Assembly: GCF_004010195.1 (NCBI RefSeq)
Contig: NC_057713.1
Coordinates: 21,143,935 to 21,207,934, forward strand
Source: Chiloscyllium plagiosum
Taxonomy: Eukaryota
Direction of reading: 5' to 3'
Length of the DNA: 64,000 nt
Under the pieces are notes generated by a model. That model was not told where the DNA came from and did no database searches. It worked only from the letters and a program-made list of their open reading frames with translations. Of the stretch, positions 11,530-23,960 are shown piece by piece (position 1 is the first letter of the stretch; every line of letters begins with the position of its first letter). A program made the translations under genes and the position numbers.

Positions 11530-11780
11530 AACCATAGAAAACAGGAGTAGGAGTCCATCATTCAGCCCATCAAATTTACTTTGACATTCAACATGATAAT
11601 GCCTCTTCTTTTATCTCAATACCTTACTTGCACTCTCTCTTCATATCTCTTGATTACTTTAGTCTCAGAAATCTCTTTCTTTTTTAAACAAATCGAATGA
11701 CAGTCCTGACGGTCTGACGTGATAAGAATTCTATAGTTTCACCACCTCCTGAGTGAAGAATTTCTCCTCATCTCAATTCG
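11530..11780 (-). mobile_element. CR1 LINE 3' end
   Basis: Reverse-complement CR1 3' UTR (aggagtaggagtccatcattcagccc...). Confidence 0.75.
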
Positions 11781-11789
11781 AAATTTGAA

Positions 11790-12965
11790 TATATGCACAA
11801 GGAACAAGGATAAGTCGCTCAGCCCTTCAAGCCTGCCCCACCATTCACTAAGATCATGGCTGATCTGTTTTTAATTTTGACTCTACATTCCTGCATATTC
11901 TCAATCATCTTTCATCCTCTAGGAAATCAAGGGTCCATTTACCTCTGCCTTAAAAAATATTTAAAGATTTTGCATCTGCACCCTTTTGAGGAAGGGAATT
12001 CCAAAGACTCACAACCTTCTGAGAAAGGAAAGAGAAATTCTCATTGCTGTCTCAAATGGGTGAACTCTTATTTTTAAAATATGACCCCCTAGTTCTACAT
12101 TTTCCCACAAGAGGAAACATCGTTTCTATGTCCACTCAGTCAAATCCACTCATCATCTTACTTGTTATAATTATTTCAACTTCTGCCTCTTCTAAATTCC
12201 AGAGGTTACTGGCCTAGTTCATCTAACCTTTCATCATTAGGCAATCTGTTCATTCCAGGTATTAGTCTAATAAACTTTTTCTGAACCTCATCCAATATAT
12301 TAACTTCCTTCTGTAAGTATGGCGACGAGTACGATATACAGTACTCCAGTATAGTCTCAGCAAAGCCGTGTATAACTGAAGCATAACCTTGATGCGTGGA
12401 TGGAGGGGGATGAAGGTGAGTCCTGGCTACTCTTGCATTCAATTCCCTTCACAATAAATCATAACATTCTGTTGAATTTCCTGATAACCTGCTATCCCTG
12501 CATATTAACCTCTGTGATTCATGCACTAGGACACCCAGATCTCTCTGCATTTAGGTAATATCCTTCCTTTTTATCCTTGTCTCTGCAAAAATGGACAATT
12601 TCCCATTTTCCCACAATATATTCCATTTGCCCACTCATGTAACCTGTCTACATTCCTTTGTAAGCTCCTTGTGTCCTCTTCAGAACTCATTCTCCTACCT
12701 ATCTTTGTGTCATCAGCAAATTTAGCTGCCAGACCTATGGTCCTTCCATTCAAATCATTTATATAAATTGTAAAGAATTGAGGCCCACACTAACCTCTGT
12801 GGCCACCATGCTCCTAGCCTGAAAATGACCTATTTAATTCTACTCTCTGCTTCCTGTTAACCAGCCAATTTTCTATCCATGCCGACATATCACCCCAACA
12901 CCATGAGGTTTTCCTTTCTGCTATAAACTTTGATGTAGCGACTCATCGGATGCCTTCTGGAAATC
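11790..12965 (-). mobile_element. CR1 LINE, ~1.2 kb 3' part including the RT FADD motif
   Basis: ORF 12571..12753 has AAKFADDTKIG..LQRNVDRLHEWA. ORF 12206..12442 has LEYC..SPYLQKEV..VQKKFIRLIPGM. Confidence 0.9.
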
Positions 12966-13075
12966 ATGAAAATTATACGGCAATTAAATTATCTCAGTAT
13001 ATTTAAGCATATTGAATGTATTTATGGCAGAGATAGATAGATTCTTGATTAGTAAAGGGATCAAGAGTTATGTGG

Positions 13076-13413
13076 GAGGCAATGGCTGAGTGGTATGATC
13101 ACTGGATTGTTAATCCAGGGATCCAGTTAATGTTCTAGGGACCTTGGCTTGAATCCTGCCACAGCAGATGGTGGAATTTGAATTCATTAAGAATCTGGAA
13201 TTAAGATTGTAATGGTGACCATGAATCCACTGTCAATTGACATGAACAACACATGTGGTTCACTAATGTCCTTTATAGTAGGAAACTGGTCTGACCAATG
13301 TGTGACTCCTGACCTACAGCAATGTAACATTTAACTGGCCTCACGGCAATTAGGGATGGACAATAAATGCTGGCCTAGCTAGTTATGCCCTTTTTTCTGT
13401 AAATTAATAAAAA
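13076..13413 (+). mobile_element. tRNA-derived SINE 'family B', full length, inserted in a CR1 tail
   Basis: A box TGGCTGAGTGG (13083-13093), B box ggcttgaatcc (~13146-13156), 3' tail ggcaattagggatggacaataaatgctggcc shared with LINE B. CR1 tail sequence on both sides (13000-13075, 13415-13510). Confidence 0.85.
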
Positions 13414-15270
13414 ATCATGGGGTTGTGAAACTATCAGCCATGATGTAATGGCAGAGCTGACTCATTGGGCTGAATGGCCTAATTTTGCTCCTATTTCTTA
13501 CAGTCTTATTAATGAACCTGGGGTTCGGATACATTTCTTATCAGGCAATTATAAAAAGAATAGTTGTGGATGACACACTGATGTTGCACCAATATATTTT
13601 GGCTGAGAGTTCCACTATCAGATAAAATACAGACTGCAAGCACTTCTAGATGCAGGTCTGCTTCAAAACTAACAGCTACAGTCTGCATTCTCCATGCATA
13701 ATCATTGAATCAGATTAAGCAATAACTCTTGAGTTAAGTAAACTTAATCTGGTTGATAATTATACTTTGTTTAAAATCAATATTTGAGTTCAATTATGTA
13801 GATGCTTATGTTGTACAATCACCTATCAAGATGTCAATGAATTTGCCTTGGGGCTAATTTGCTTTATACATGGAACTGTCGGAGAATCTTGCCCATAGCC
13901 AAAGTATATCAGAGGAATCAAGCTCAAGAGACTCACAATGTTCCAATAGGTGCTGTTATCACGTATTGCATCCAGAAATCAACCCCAGTACATTCACAAA
14001 GTAATAAAACCTGAGCACTGAGTAATCCCTTCAATCCAAGCTTGCAAGTCTTTTATTGAGCACGAGGATATCTCCTTTGCGTGGCAAAATCAAAAACCTG
14101 TTCAACAAAGAACAGGTTATGTCTTTGTGGTATGTGGTGCACATGGAAAGTCATCTCCTGATGTATGCTGTTGTCTCAGAAGGATCACAAAAACATATCT
14201 TATTGATGAAATAATTAAGCCGGTCTCTACCATCGCATCACACAAAGGAGAGGTAAAATACGAAAACATATTGACAGAAGATTTGTTGGCATGAGGTGAC
14301 TTCAAGTAAATGGGTTCAATGAAGAAAGATGAGGCTTATTCCAGATCTGAAAATAATTGTTCATGGGGTTATGGATTAAAAGATCGAAGTCAATAATATT
14401 TTCAAGCCGTTTAGATAAGTTGGATGAATGAGTCTGTGCAGAGCTGATTTTATTTCATATATAGTACCATGCATTGGAGTTAAAATACTCATAGCTATCT
14501 CACTAAAAGCTCATAAGATGCTACATTCGATCACTTTCCTGTGTGTAATAGAAATGTGGCCAATAAGTAAAGATCTGTGGAAGAAAATCAAACGTGTGAG
14601 TTAAGATATATGCCAGTAATTCCATATACAAACCATAAGACAAATGAGGTGGTACTTAAAATTAAAACAACAAAAAGAACTCTGAAAAGTAACATCCAGG
14701 AAAGTAAGTGTCAATCTTCCTGCCAGTTAATCAAAGCTGAAAAGCTATAGAGACCTCTTTTTGAGTGCAAAATGGAGGGCAGGGCAGAAGAAAGAGGGGT
14801 CACCCTCAGTGTAATTGGATGACACATGTCAAAGAGCAATTGCAGACAGGTTAGAGTCAATGCGTTAGGATGGCAGTAAAGAGATAAGCATGGTATATCA
14901 TGGCATAAGATTTCCTGACAGTAGTACTTACAAAAAGCAGCTACAAGCCATAGCTACCAACTACAAGCTGGCCAAGGATGTTGCTAAGGGGGTGATTGAT
15001 AAAGATAACCAAACAAGAAAGAGGAAAGTGTACAATCACTCATTAAAATGGCACAGTGAGTACAAGTTGCTGACAGAAAAAAACAGTAGCAACAGTGTTT
15101 AGGTTGTATTTTCAGGATCATCAAGACAAATAAACAGCACCACAGGATTCTTGTAAATTTGCATGCAGAACACTATTTGCACTTTTGATTTCCATACTGG
15201 TAAGGAGTTTGAAAAGACGTGGCTTTATATGCTTTGCATAAGGGCAGGCTTCAAAATAAATTGTTAAAAC

Positions 15271-15588
15271 GGGGTGGCACAGTGGCTCAGTGGTTAGCAC
15301 TACTGCCTCACAGCACCAGGGACCCAGGTTTGATTCCCGCCTCAGGTGACTGTCTGTGTGGAGTTTGCACATTCTCCCTGTGTCTGCATGGGTTTCTTCC
15401 AGGTGCTCTGGTTTCCTCCCACAATCCAAAGATGTACAGCTCAGGTGAATTGGTCAGGCTAAATTGCCCATAGTGTTATGTGCATTAGTCAGGGGTAAAT
15501 GATGAGGAATGGGGTGGGTTACTCTTCAGAGGGTTGGTGTGGACTTGTTGGGCCAAAGAACCTCTTTCCATACTGTTGGGAATCTATC
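15271..15588 (+). mobile_element. HE1-type V-SINE, full length
   Basis: tRNA head (tggctcagtggttagc; ggtttgattcc), V-domain ctgtgtggagtttgcacattctccctgtgtctgc, CR1-derived tail. Confidence 0.92.
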
Positions 15589-16125
15589 AAAAGTTTTCAA
15601 AATGGCGAAGAGTTTGGATCAATTCTTGTCACTTCAATTATGTAATTATGTCACAGATCAAGATTTTGGGTTTATAAAATTTGCAGACAAATTATTTGAT
15701 TACCTGTCAGCAATACTTATTTCACATATGTTATTTCCCCTGCATAACCTATCAGGATATTGATGCAGGATCTTTGAAGGGCAATATAAAGAGTTTGTTA
15801 CAGAAAAGATTGCTTCCATCAGATAGCATGAATTATTAGATATTATATATTCTTGGCAACTGTGATTTCCTGAAAACCAGGATGAGTTTAGTTTTTGTTT
15901 AAAGGACTAAAAGTTATTTGCTTCCTACAGGATGATTGGAAAGTGTAGGAGAAGATTCTGTAAGGTCAGAGCATTGAATAGTCTTTGTTCACATGTCTGA
16001 TTTGGTCATATGATCCTAAGGGACATGCAAGTTGAAACTGTGATTGAGATGGTGGTGTAGTGTTTGTGTATTAGTAATCCTCTGTAATTAGTAATGAGGC
16101 AAATTTTCTTGGTTCAAATTCCACC

Positions 16126-16250
16126 TGGCAAAAGTGAGGACCGCAGATGCTGGAACCCAGAGTCTAGATTAGAGTGGTGCTGGAAAAGCACAGCAGGTCA
16201 GGCGTGCTGCCTGACCTGCTGTGCTTTTCCAGCACCACTCTAATCTAGAC
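16126..16250 (-). mobile_element. P1 Penelope-terminus element: perfect 44-bp hairpin and 12-bp TSD
   Basis: Arms 16160-16203 and 16209-16252 are exact reverse complements. tcaaattccacc occurs at 16114-16125 and 16251-16262. Confidence 0.95.
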
Positions 16251-16351
16251 TCAAATTCCACCAATCAATTTTATTCAAGTAAAAGGGAAAAATCCAGAAT
16301 TGAAATCTAACCTCAGTCATTGTTACTACTGAGTGTCACAAAAACCTAAAA

Positions 16352-17465
16352 AGGCCATATGATGTAGGAGCAGAAGTAAGCCAATCATCCCAGCGAGTCT
16401 GCTCCACCATCAATCAAATCATGGCCTTTCAGATCATTCTCAACTCCACTTTCCTGCCTTTTCCCATAAACCCATCATGCCCTTACAAAGAGCATATATG
16501 TGAACACCCAGTCTCAGAAGCCATATGCAGGAAAAAAAATTTCCACAGATACACCACCCTTTGCAAGAAGAAATTCCTCCTCATTTCTGAATTAAATGAG
16601 TGACCCTTTACTTTGAGATTTATGTTGGCCTCTCTGACAAAGAAAACAATCTCTCAGCATAACACTGTCGAGAATCTTCATTTCTTCAGTAAAATCTTAT
16701 TCTTCTAAAGTACAATGAGTACAAGCCCAGCCTACTCAATCTCTCCTCAGAAGAAAATCCTTCCATGCCTGCAATCAATGTAATGAAGCTTCTTTGGGTT
16801 GCCTCTCATGTCAGTATATCTTTCCTTAGGTAAGAGGAACAAAACTGTTCACAGTATTTTAGATATGGTTTAACTGGTGTATCGTTTTAGCCAAACCTCT
16901 TCACTATAATAGTCCATTCCCTTTGAACTAAAAGCCATGATTCCTCCCTTATTTGTCTTCGCTATTATCTGCTTAACATATGTGCCAGCTTTTGCTGATT
17001 TATGCACAAGGATTTCCAAACCTCTCTGTGCTACAAGTTTCCACAGTGTTTCTCCATTTAAATAATATTGAATTCCTCTATTCTCCCTGCCAGAGTGCAT
17101 AATCTCACATTTTCTCACATCAAATTCTATCTGACAAGTTTCTGTCCACTCCGTTGCACTCTGCTACTTACAGGTTGTTATCCTGAATGGTCCCTTATCC
17201 TAACTCTTTATCGTCCTTGAGTTAGCCACTTCCCTTTCCCTGCTAATGTACAACTCTCAACACCATGACATTAAGCAGCTTTCTGTGTGGCACCTCAAAA
17301 AAAGCCTTGTAAAAATCCAAATATGTTGCAAGTACCATTCATATCCTAACTGTTCGCTTCCCAAATAATTTTGATCAGGCATAATTCCCCAGTCATGAAG
17401 GCATATTGACTCTTCTAGATTAGACAATGCATTTATTCAATGTCATTCTAACCTATTCTATTCAC
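16352..17465 (-). mobile_element. CR1 LINE 3' part
   Basis: ORF 16870..17118 KCEIMHSGREN...YYLNGETL...QRGLEILVHKS; CR1 tail at the left end. Confidence 0.85.
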
Positions 17466-17949
17466 AGATTAACTTTATGGAAAAAAAAGTCTGCCATCCT
17501 TACCTAGTCTGGCATCTGACTCTACCCACAGCAAAGTGGTTGACTCTTAATTAGCATCTAAAATAGCCCAGCTAGCATTTGATTTCACTGGCGATTTAGG
17601 ATGGATTTACCATCAATATCCACATTCTATGAAAGAAAAACAAAAATTAGCATTTTAGATTTTGATTACTCCACATTTCTGCAGACTGTATTAAAACTTT
17701 ATGTATAATTTAACAGTCACAGTAGAGTCTTAGATATATGCTTAGCAAAATGTACAACAGCATGATGTGCTGTAGTCTCGGGTTTTCATCCCATCTTATC
17801 ACACATTGTAATGCTGATTTCTGTCACCAGGAATTACATTTTCAGTGACATTTTCATACTACAGTTTAATCCAAACTCAAATGTTCTCAGGCATTAAAAC
17901 TAAAACATGTATCCTCTTTCTTGTGAATCTCACACAAAGAATGTTTTGG

Positions 17950-18130
17950 TGGCTTACAAGCTGAATGCTGGGAGAGCTGAGACATCGGTGGGAAAGGTAT
18001 CTGGACAGGACGGATGCTTGAAGTTTTAAGCAGACTTTAAAACAAAGCAGAGAGATGGCAAAGTGAAGTGGATTTGAAAGTAACTTTCAAAGATAAGCTA
18101 AAGGATTAGCCCTTAAAGGTGAAACAGGGA
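17950..18130 (-). mobile_element. Old L2-like 3' fragment
   Basis: Weak similarity to the reverse complement of 40440-40730. Confidence 0.35.
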
Positions 18131-18229
18131 ATGAATCATTATCAGAAGTGGACAACTTTAATAAACTAATCCTTATTGTTGCAACATGCGAATTGAGTGA
18201 GATGGGCATGAGCTTCAACAAGCAATAAA

Positions 18230-18620
18230 ACATTTCACGTTTACTACCATGATCCTACACTTTCGAAGTTGTACAGCAGCAGGCAATTCACGCAGAGCAA
18301 GCTCACAATGTCGTATGATATAAAACATATAACTCGCTGATAATATGCTATCAGTTAAGGGATAGGTATTGTCCAGAGTGAAATTTCTTCATCTAGTTCA
18401 ATACAGTCGAATGGGATCACTGACATCTACCTGTGAGGATAACTGGAATCTTGACCCAATGTTTCCCCTATTAGGCAGCAGCTCCAGTAATGAAGCATTG
18501 TCTGAGTAATGCAGTCAAGTGTGAGCCTGGATTATTTCACTCCGACTTCTGTCGTGAGACTTGAACTCAAGAAAATCTGACTTCAAAGGAGGATGCTACC
18601 AACCAAGTTCGAGCTGACAC
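18230..18620 (-). mobile_element. SacSINE1/DeuSINE-like SINE, old
   Basis: Reverse strand starts gtgtcagctcgaacttggttggtagcatcc..agtcaga..ttgagttcaagtctc (tRNA head) followed by a Deu-domain-like body. Homologous to 58680-59050. Confidence 0.7.
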
Positions 18621-19624
18621 CACTGCACTTTGACAAACCTATATTTTTGGAGGAATGATTGCGTTCACTTGTCCAGTTCACAATACACGTGAAGACACCT
18701 AACGCAAAATTCCAACGCCTGACAAGTGCATGTCTCATGATCAGACTGTTCCAGATAAGGCATTAAATGAGGACAGTACAGAGAAGAAGTCAGGACATTA
18801 AACAATTAAAGGAGGTGATCTGACATTATTCTGGATGCACTATGAAATTAATAAGTCTGATAAAAATCAGATTGTCTGATTCAGAATTAGAGCGATGGCA
18901 ATCCTGTATGACATTAAACAGAAACTGGCAAACACTTTCAAGGTTACTTCTCCAGAGATTCCTCTGCTCTTAGAATATTTCATCATATACAAACATTGAC
19001 ACTGTGTGCTATTTCATGAGAAATTGTGTAGAAATGTCAGAGAATTCAACTGTATGAGAAAGGAATTACTAACATGCTAAAATACAGATTTGGTGCTTGA
19101 AGATAGTCTCTCTTAATAGTAATTTAACGTCATAACTTGTTTCCACTTTGTTATATCTCACATGCCTCTGAAGTGCATTAAAACAGTCTGTATTGGATTT
19201 AGCTGACAATGATTCATGTCCATTGGGCCGCTTTACTTCCAATTGTCTTGTTATGATGATGAATAAGCCTGGTCCATCTGCAATATAAAAAAACACAAAG
19301 TACTTCACTGACAAATACTTTGTTCTTTTAAATGAACAAAATAAATGGATAATAGGAAAGGTATCAATTAGACTGAAAGTTCACACATATAGTAATACAT
19401 ACTTGAGCAGGTTAGTTTTATGAATTTCTGTCTCATGTTGGATCTACCACTGCTGAAATTGATAAGCAGGAAATTATAGATTCCTTTCTCATGATGTTAA
19501 AGTTAACAGAAAGAAAACTAGACATCCTGCTCTTAAATTACACCAACCATGTAAAGTCATGCGAAAAACGTTTTGGAAACAACACACACAAAAAAGGGAT
19601 TTAAAAAAACATTATATAAACAGA

Positions 19625-20300
19625 AACATAGTTTCTTGAAACTGGAGCCACAGGTAGACAGGGCAATAAAGAAGGTGTTTGGTAAACTTGGCTTCATTGA
19701 CCAGTGCATTGAATTTAGAATTCGGGATGTTATGTTGTGGCTGTACATAACATTAGTTAGGCCACATTTGTTTTAATGTGTTCAATTCTGGTATTCCTGC
19801 AGTAAGAAAGATGTTGTTAAACTTGAAAGGATGCAGAAAAGATTTTCAAGGATGCTGCCAGGGCTGGAGGATTTGAGCTAGAGGGAGAGGCTGAATAGGC
19901 TGGGGCTATCTTCCCTAGAGCATCAGATGGTGAAGGGTGACCAGAGAGATTTATAAAATCATGATGAGCATGGATAGCGTGCATAGCCACATTTTTTTTT
20001 TCCAGGGTAGGATAGTTCAAAACTAGAGAGCAAAGGTTGAAGGTGAGAGGGGAAAGATTTAAAAGGGACCGCAGGGGCAACTATTTCATGCAGAGGGTGA
20101 TGCGTGTATGGATTATGCTGCCAGAGGAAGTGATGGAGGCTGGTACAATTACAATCTTTAAAAAACATCTGGATTGGTATAGAAATAGGAAGGGTTTAGA
20201 GGGATATGTGGCAATTGAGACTCAATTAATTAAGGATATCTGGTCAGCATGGACGGGATGTGCAACTGTTTCCGTGCTGTACAACACTATGACTCTATAA
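19625..20300 (+). mobile_element. CR1 (HER1-like) LINE 3' end
   Basis: QVDRAIKKVFGKLGFI..IEFR..DVMLWLY.TLVRPHL; KVRGERFKRD.RGNYFMQRV; tail tatgactctat. Confidence 0.92.
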
Positions 20301-20657
20301 AAAAGCTGGATATACTTGGTAGTTCACAAACGCACAGGTTAGAATCTCAATCCTATCTGGTTATCAGAATTTATAATTGTTTTATGTGAATTTATAAAAT
20401 GCTCTGGAGATAATTTCATGAGATGGAGTTTCAGAAGTTGGAGGAGAAAGGAAGCCTGAAAACAGATTACCTGGTTGCTATCACAGAGGTTAATAATGTC
20501 AATATGATTTAATTTTTTCAGTTTGCAAACCACTTTGCAGTTGATACCCTTGGCTTCAGTTGGAGCAATACATTATACATTGATGCTACAAGTCCTGAAG
20601 TGTTTATGAATGAGAAGGTCTTCATTACTTGAAACTGGCATGCTAGTACAACCAGTA

Positions 20658-20875
20658 CAATTGGTTCTGTGTAAAGCATATTTCTTCAACGGGAATTGGA
20701 TTTAACATGATTGAAGAATTTAGACCATTATTTGTACAAAGCAAACTTTCCTTACGTATATTGTCTATAATACACTTCTGACCCCATTAGTTTAAATGGC
20801 GCAGTTATTGCATGATTTTCTCATTTCGTGAGATTGCACGAGAACAGAACTATCGCGTTATATCAGAACTGACTG
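20658..20875. mobile_element. Putative Tc1/pogo (Tigger-like) MITE
   Basis: TA|caattggttctgtgtaaagc ... gcgttatatcagaactgactg: degenerate terminal inverted repeats starting CA, preceded by TA. Confidence 0.5.
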
Positions 20876-21582
20876 GACATTCATTTGCAGGTTTTACTTA
20901 TTTTTTACTGGTTTCTCCCTCCAAAAAGATTTGGGGGACTGGAGAAAAATGAATTATATATTTTCCAGACTGAAGCTGACAGCAACTGAGCAGAAGCTTC
21001 CTTATATTGGAAAAGTTCAATAATAGTCTTTGTTTTTGTTTATCATATTCAGCAATGGGCATGTGCTGAAGTGATGGAATACTCATTTCCAATATGATGA
21101 TGTAACAACTAAAGCCTTCACGTCTTATGCATCACAGGGATATGACACAGAAGCAAACATTCACCTCAAGTGGAAACTTGAGACAGGCTCCATCTTAAGG
21201 TCATGCTAATGATTATAACCTGAAAACAAACAAATTTGCGAGCAATGTATGTCAATACATACATCATTTGATAGATGTGTAAAGACTGTGTCTTTTTATT
21301 TTGTAAGTATATCCTAGTTCCATTGTACAGTTGGAGTGCCAGTTGTTGTCTGGACTAGTGGCAGTAATGGTAGTTAAGAAATTACCTGAAGATGGAGCTG
21401 ATTTACTTCTAAGGAATGATTTGTCAAGGGTGCAAGCATCACTTTGCTTATAATCACAGAAAGTCCAGTTGAGGTTAAGGCGATGGAACAGTTGTAGAAA
21501 TAGATTCTGCGTATTTTTTTTTCCATCATATGTAGTGATCAGGACATTGGCAAACACAGGTCCATTACCAGAAACTACAGCA

Positions 21583-21908
21583 GAATCCCTACAGTGTGGA
21601 AGCAGGCCATTTGGCCTAACAAATCCACACCAATCTTCCATCCCATCCTGAACCATTCCCCTACCCTTTCACTCTACACTTTCACTGACTAATACATCTA
21701 ACCTGCACACTAAGGGCAATTTAACGTGGCCAATTCACCTAACCTGCACATTTTTGGACTGTGGGAGGAAACCGGAACACCTGGAGGAAACCCACGCAGA
21801 CACAGGGAGAACATACAACATTCACACAGACGGTCACCCGAGCTTGGAATCAAACCTGGTCCGTGGCACTGTGAGTCAACAGTGCTAACCACTGAGCCAC
21901 TGTGCCAC
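21583..21908 (-). mobile_element. HE1-type V-SINE, full length
   Basis: Reverse-complement homolog of 15271-15588. Confidence 0.92.
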
Positions 21909-21959
21909 AGTCATACATCAGGCAGGTGTTGGAGTACCTGAAACTGTATTTAAGATTAG

Positions 21960-22128
21960 ATAAAGTCACTATAGCCCTCTTGGAGAGACAGAGAGAGTTA
22001 ATTGATGTTGTTATAACCTGAGGATTACCACATCTCAGGAGAGAGGAGAAGTTGAGAAGGGAAATGCTTCATGGTAACCTCAGCTGTGCGGGAATTGAAT
22101 CCATCACTCGGCATCACAAACCAGCTGA
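21960..22128 (-). mobile_element. Short SINE 'family C'
   Basis: Reverse-complement homolog of 27787-27995 (ctatggtgacttt / aaagtcactatag; cttctcaac / gttgagaag). Confidence 0.65.
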
Positions 22129-22744
22129 ATGAAGTGAGATCAAAGGAAGCATTTAGGATATCCTAGTTAACTGAGGCTCAAGAAGCAGATACAGATTTAA
22201 GTAATTTAGCACAGACAGCTTACATTGAAATTGAGGCTGTAGGAGTTCTAGACTGTTATAATATTAAAAATGTTAATGATGATATATTCCAATCTTTTAC
22301 TCTGTTACTAACTCCAAGTAAATTCTCAGCCTGTAGTTTAATAAACTCCTGCCTTTATCATCCTAAGTTTGAGGTGCATCTGCATTCACTGTTTAGCTTT
22401 GGTGCTTGCACTTTATTTAAGTTTGTGGCTTCTACTTTGTGTTTCAAAGACAATAGGAAGATCTGAAATAGCTGAGTGTTTGCACATATCTTTCAAGATG
22501 GTGCAGCACCTCCAAGTTTTGGATGTTTAGTTAGTCCTGTAGTATCTGCTGCCGTATCATATTATGGTGATGACTCGGTGTGAACTCTGTGTCTAGCATA
22601 GTCTGTGAGATTTTTTCAGCAGATTGCCTGTCCACGCCAGCCAGGGAGCCATCTTGAGAAACAGTGTTTGTGACTTCTCTTCTGCTATTGTTGAGGCCTC
22701 TGCAGTGACTTGCTCAGGTAGATTCCTAGGTACACAAGCAGGAA

Positions 22745-22867
22745 TGAAGAAGGGTTATACCCAAAACATTGGACTTCTCCATCTCCTGATACTGTCTGGC
22801 TTGCTGTCTCTTCCAGCCTCTTGCTTGTCTACTTTGGATTCCAGTATCTGCAGATTTTCTTGTCTCA
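22745..22867 (+). mobile_element. Penelope-terminus element, subfamily P2
   Basis: tgaagaagggttatacccaaaacatt (degenerate hammerhead) ... ttccagtatctgcag; reverse homolog at 37320-37430. Confidence 0.75.
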
Positions 22868-23363
22868 AGATGATTTCCTACCAGATTGAAATCAGACACT
22901 TAGAACACTGAGCTTTGTTAATTATAGTTTAAGTTTCTACAAGTCAGAACATTTATTAGGAATATATTGGCTTTTTATCATTGGTGGTTTCTTGACACTG
23001 AGTCCTGAAGTGGTCATATTCTCGATAGCACTCTCCAGTTTTGCTTGTCAGTGAAATATCACTGCACCCTGGCTTGCCTGCTTCTTACAGACTTGTCGAG
23101 TGATCTCAAAATTGCATGCTTTTTAAAACATTGGAGACACCCTAGCATCATCCATTAAGTTATTCACTCATGGAATGTGGGCATCACTGATTGGGCCAAG
23201 GTTGATTTGATTTAATTTATCGTTGTCATATGAACCTAAGTACAGTGAAAAGTTGTGTTTTGTGAGCAGCACAGGCAGATCATAACTAACAAGGACATAC
23301 AGATCATATTTATTGCCTATCCCTAAATGCTCTGGAGAAGATGATTGTGTGTGCTTTTTACTG

Positions 23364-23500
23364 ATGAAGGGATTCCTGATGAAGGGTTTATGCCTGAAAC
23401 ATTGATTCTCCTGCTCCTCAGATGCTGCCTGACTTGCTATGCTTTTCCAGCACCACACTCTCGACTCTGAGCTCCAGCATCTGCAGTCCTCACTTTCTCC
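23364..23500 (+). mobile_element. P1 Penelope-terminus element with hammerhead core and ~14-bp TSD
   Basis: Core ctgatga-a-gggt-ttat-gcct-gaaac-att at 23376-23403. Flanks tgtgctttttactg (23350-23363) / tgtgttctttactg (23501-23514), 12/14. Confidence 0.85.
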
Positions 23501-23729
23501 TGTGTTCTTTACTGGGCAGTTACAGACTCCAGTCCGAACTAAGAACATATGAACTCATTGTTTACGTAAATCAATGGCAGGTTTTAATTCTTAAACTGTA
23601 TACACTGTAATAGGTCATAATAAGTCTGAATTAGCCTATGAGCACCAGCTGACCGCTCATCAGTAACACATGACTCATGTCTTAAAGGGACACTGCACCA
23701 ATATCACATATAATATACATGTAACAGTG

Positions 23730-23960
23730 AGGTGCTCTCTTGGACAATGCACTTTACAGCGTGCACCCACATTGCTGTAAGGGAGGGAGTTCCAGAATTT
23801 TGGCCCTGCAATAGTGAGGTGAAAGCAAAATATTTTCAAGTCGGGATGGTGAATGGTTTGGAAATGGTGGTGTTCCCATTTATTTGCTGTCCTTGCCTTT
23901 CTAGATGGTCATGATCATGGGTTTGGAAGATGCTATCTGAGGAGCCTTATGCTAATAATA
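23730..23960 (-). mobile_element. LINE family B 3' region fragment
   Basis: gggagggagttccagaattttggccctgcaatagtga is the reverse complement of 7872-7905-like sequence. Confidence 0.7.

Larger units (their letters stand above)
16050..17640 (+). mobile_element. SINE family B copy split by a P1 hairpin and a CR1 insertion
   Basis: Head at 16050-16345 and remainder at ~17480-17640 (ctgccatccttacctagtctggc...cccacagcaaagtggttgactc). Confidence 0.7.

Noticed and set aside
15271-15345. tRNA genes at A/B-box sequences (also 13076, 51321 and others)
   Set aside because: They continue into SINE bodies and tails and have no clean cloverleaf; these are SINE heads.
15931-15959. Plus-strand 29-nt mini-exon (ttcctacag|...|gtaagg)
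   Set aside because: Stops in two frames, unrecognised peptide in the third, and no partner exons.
16160-16252. Host miRNA gene
   Set aside because: The hairpin is a TSD-flanked multi-copy TE terminus; there is no evidence for a conserved miRNA.
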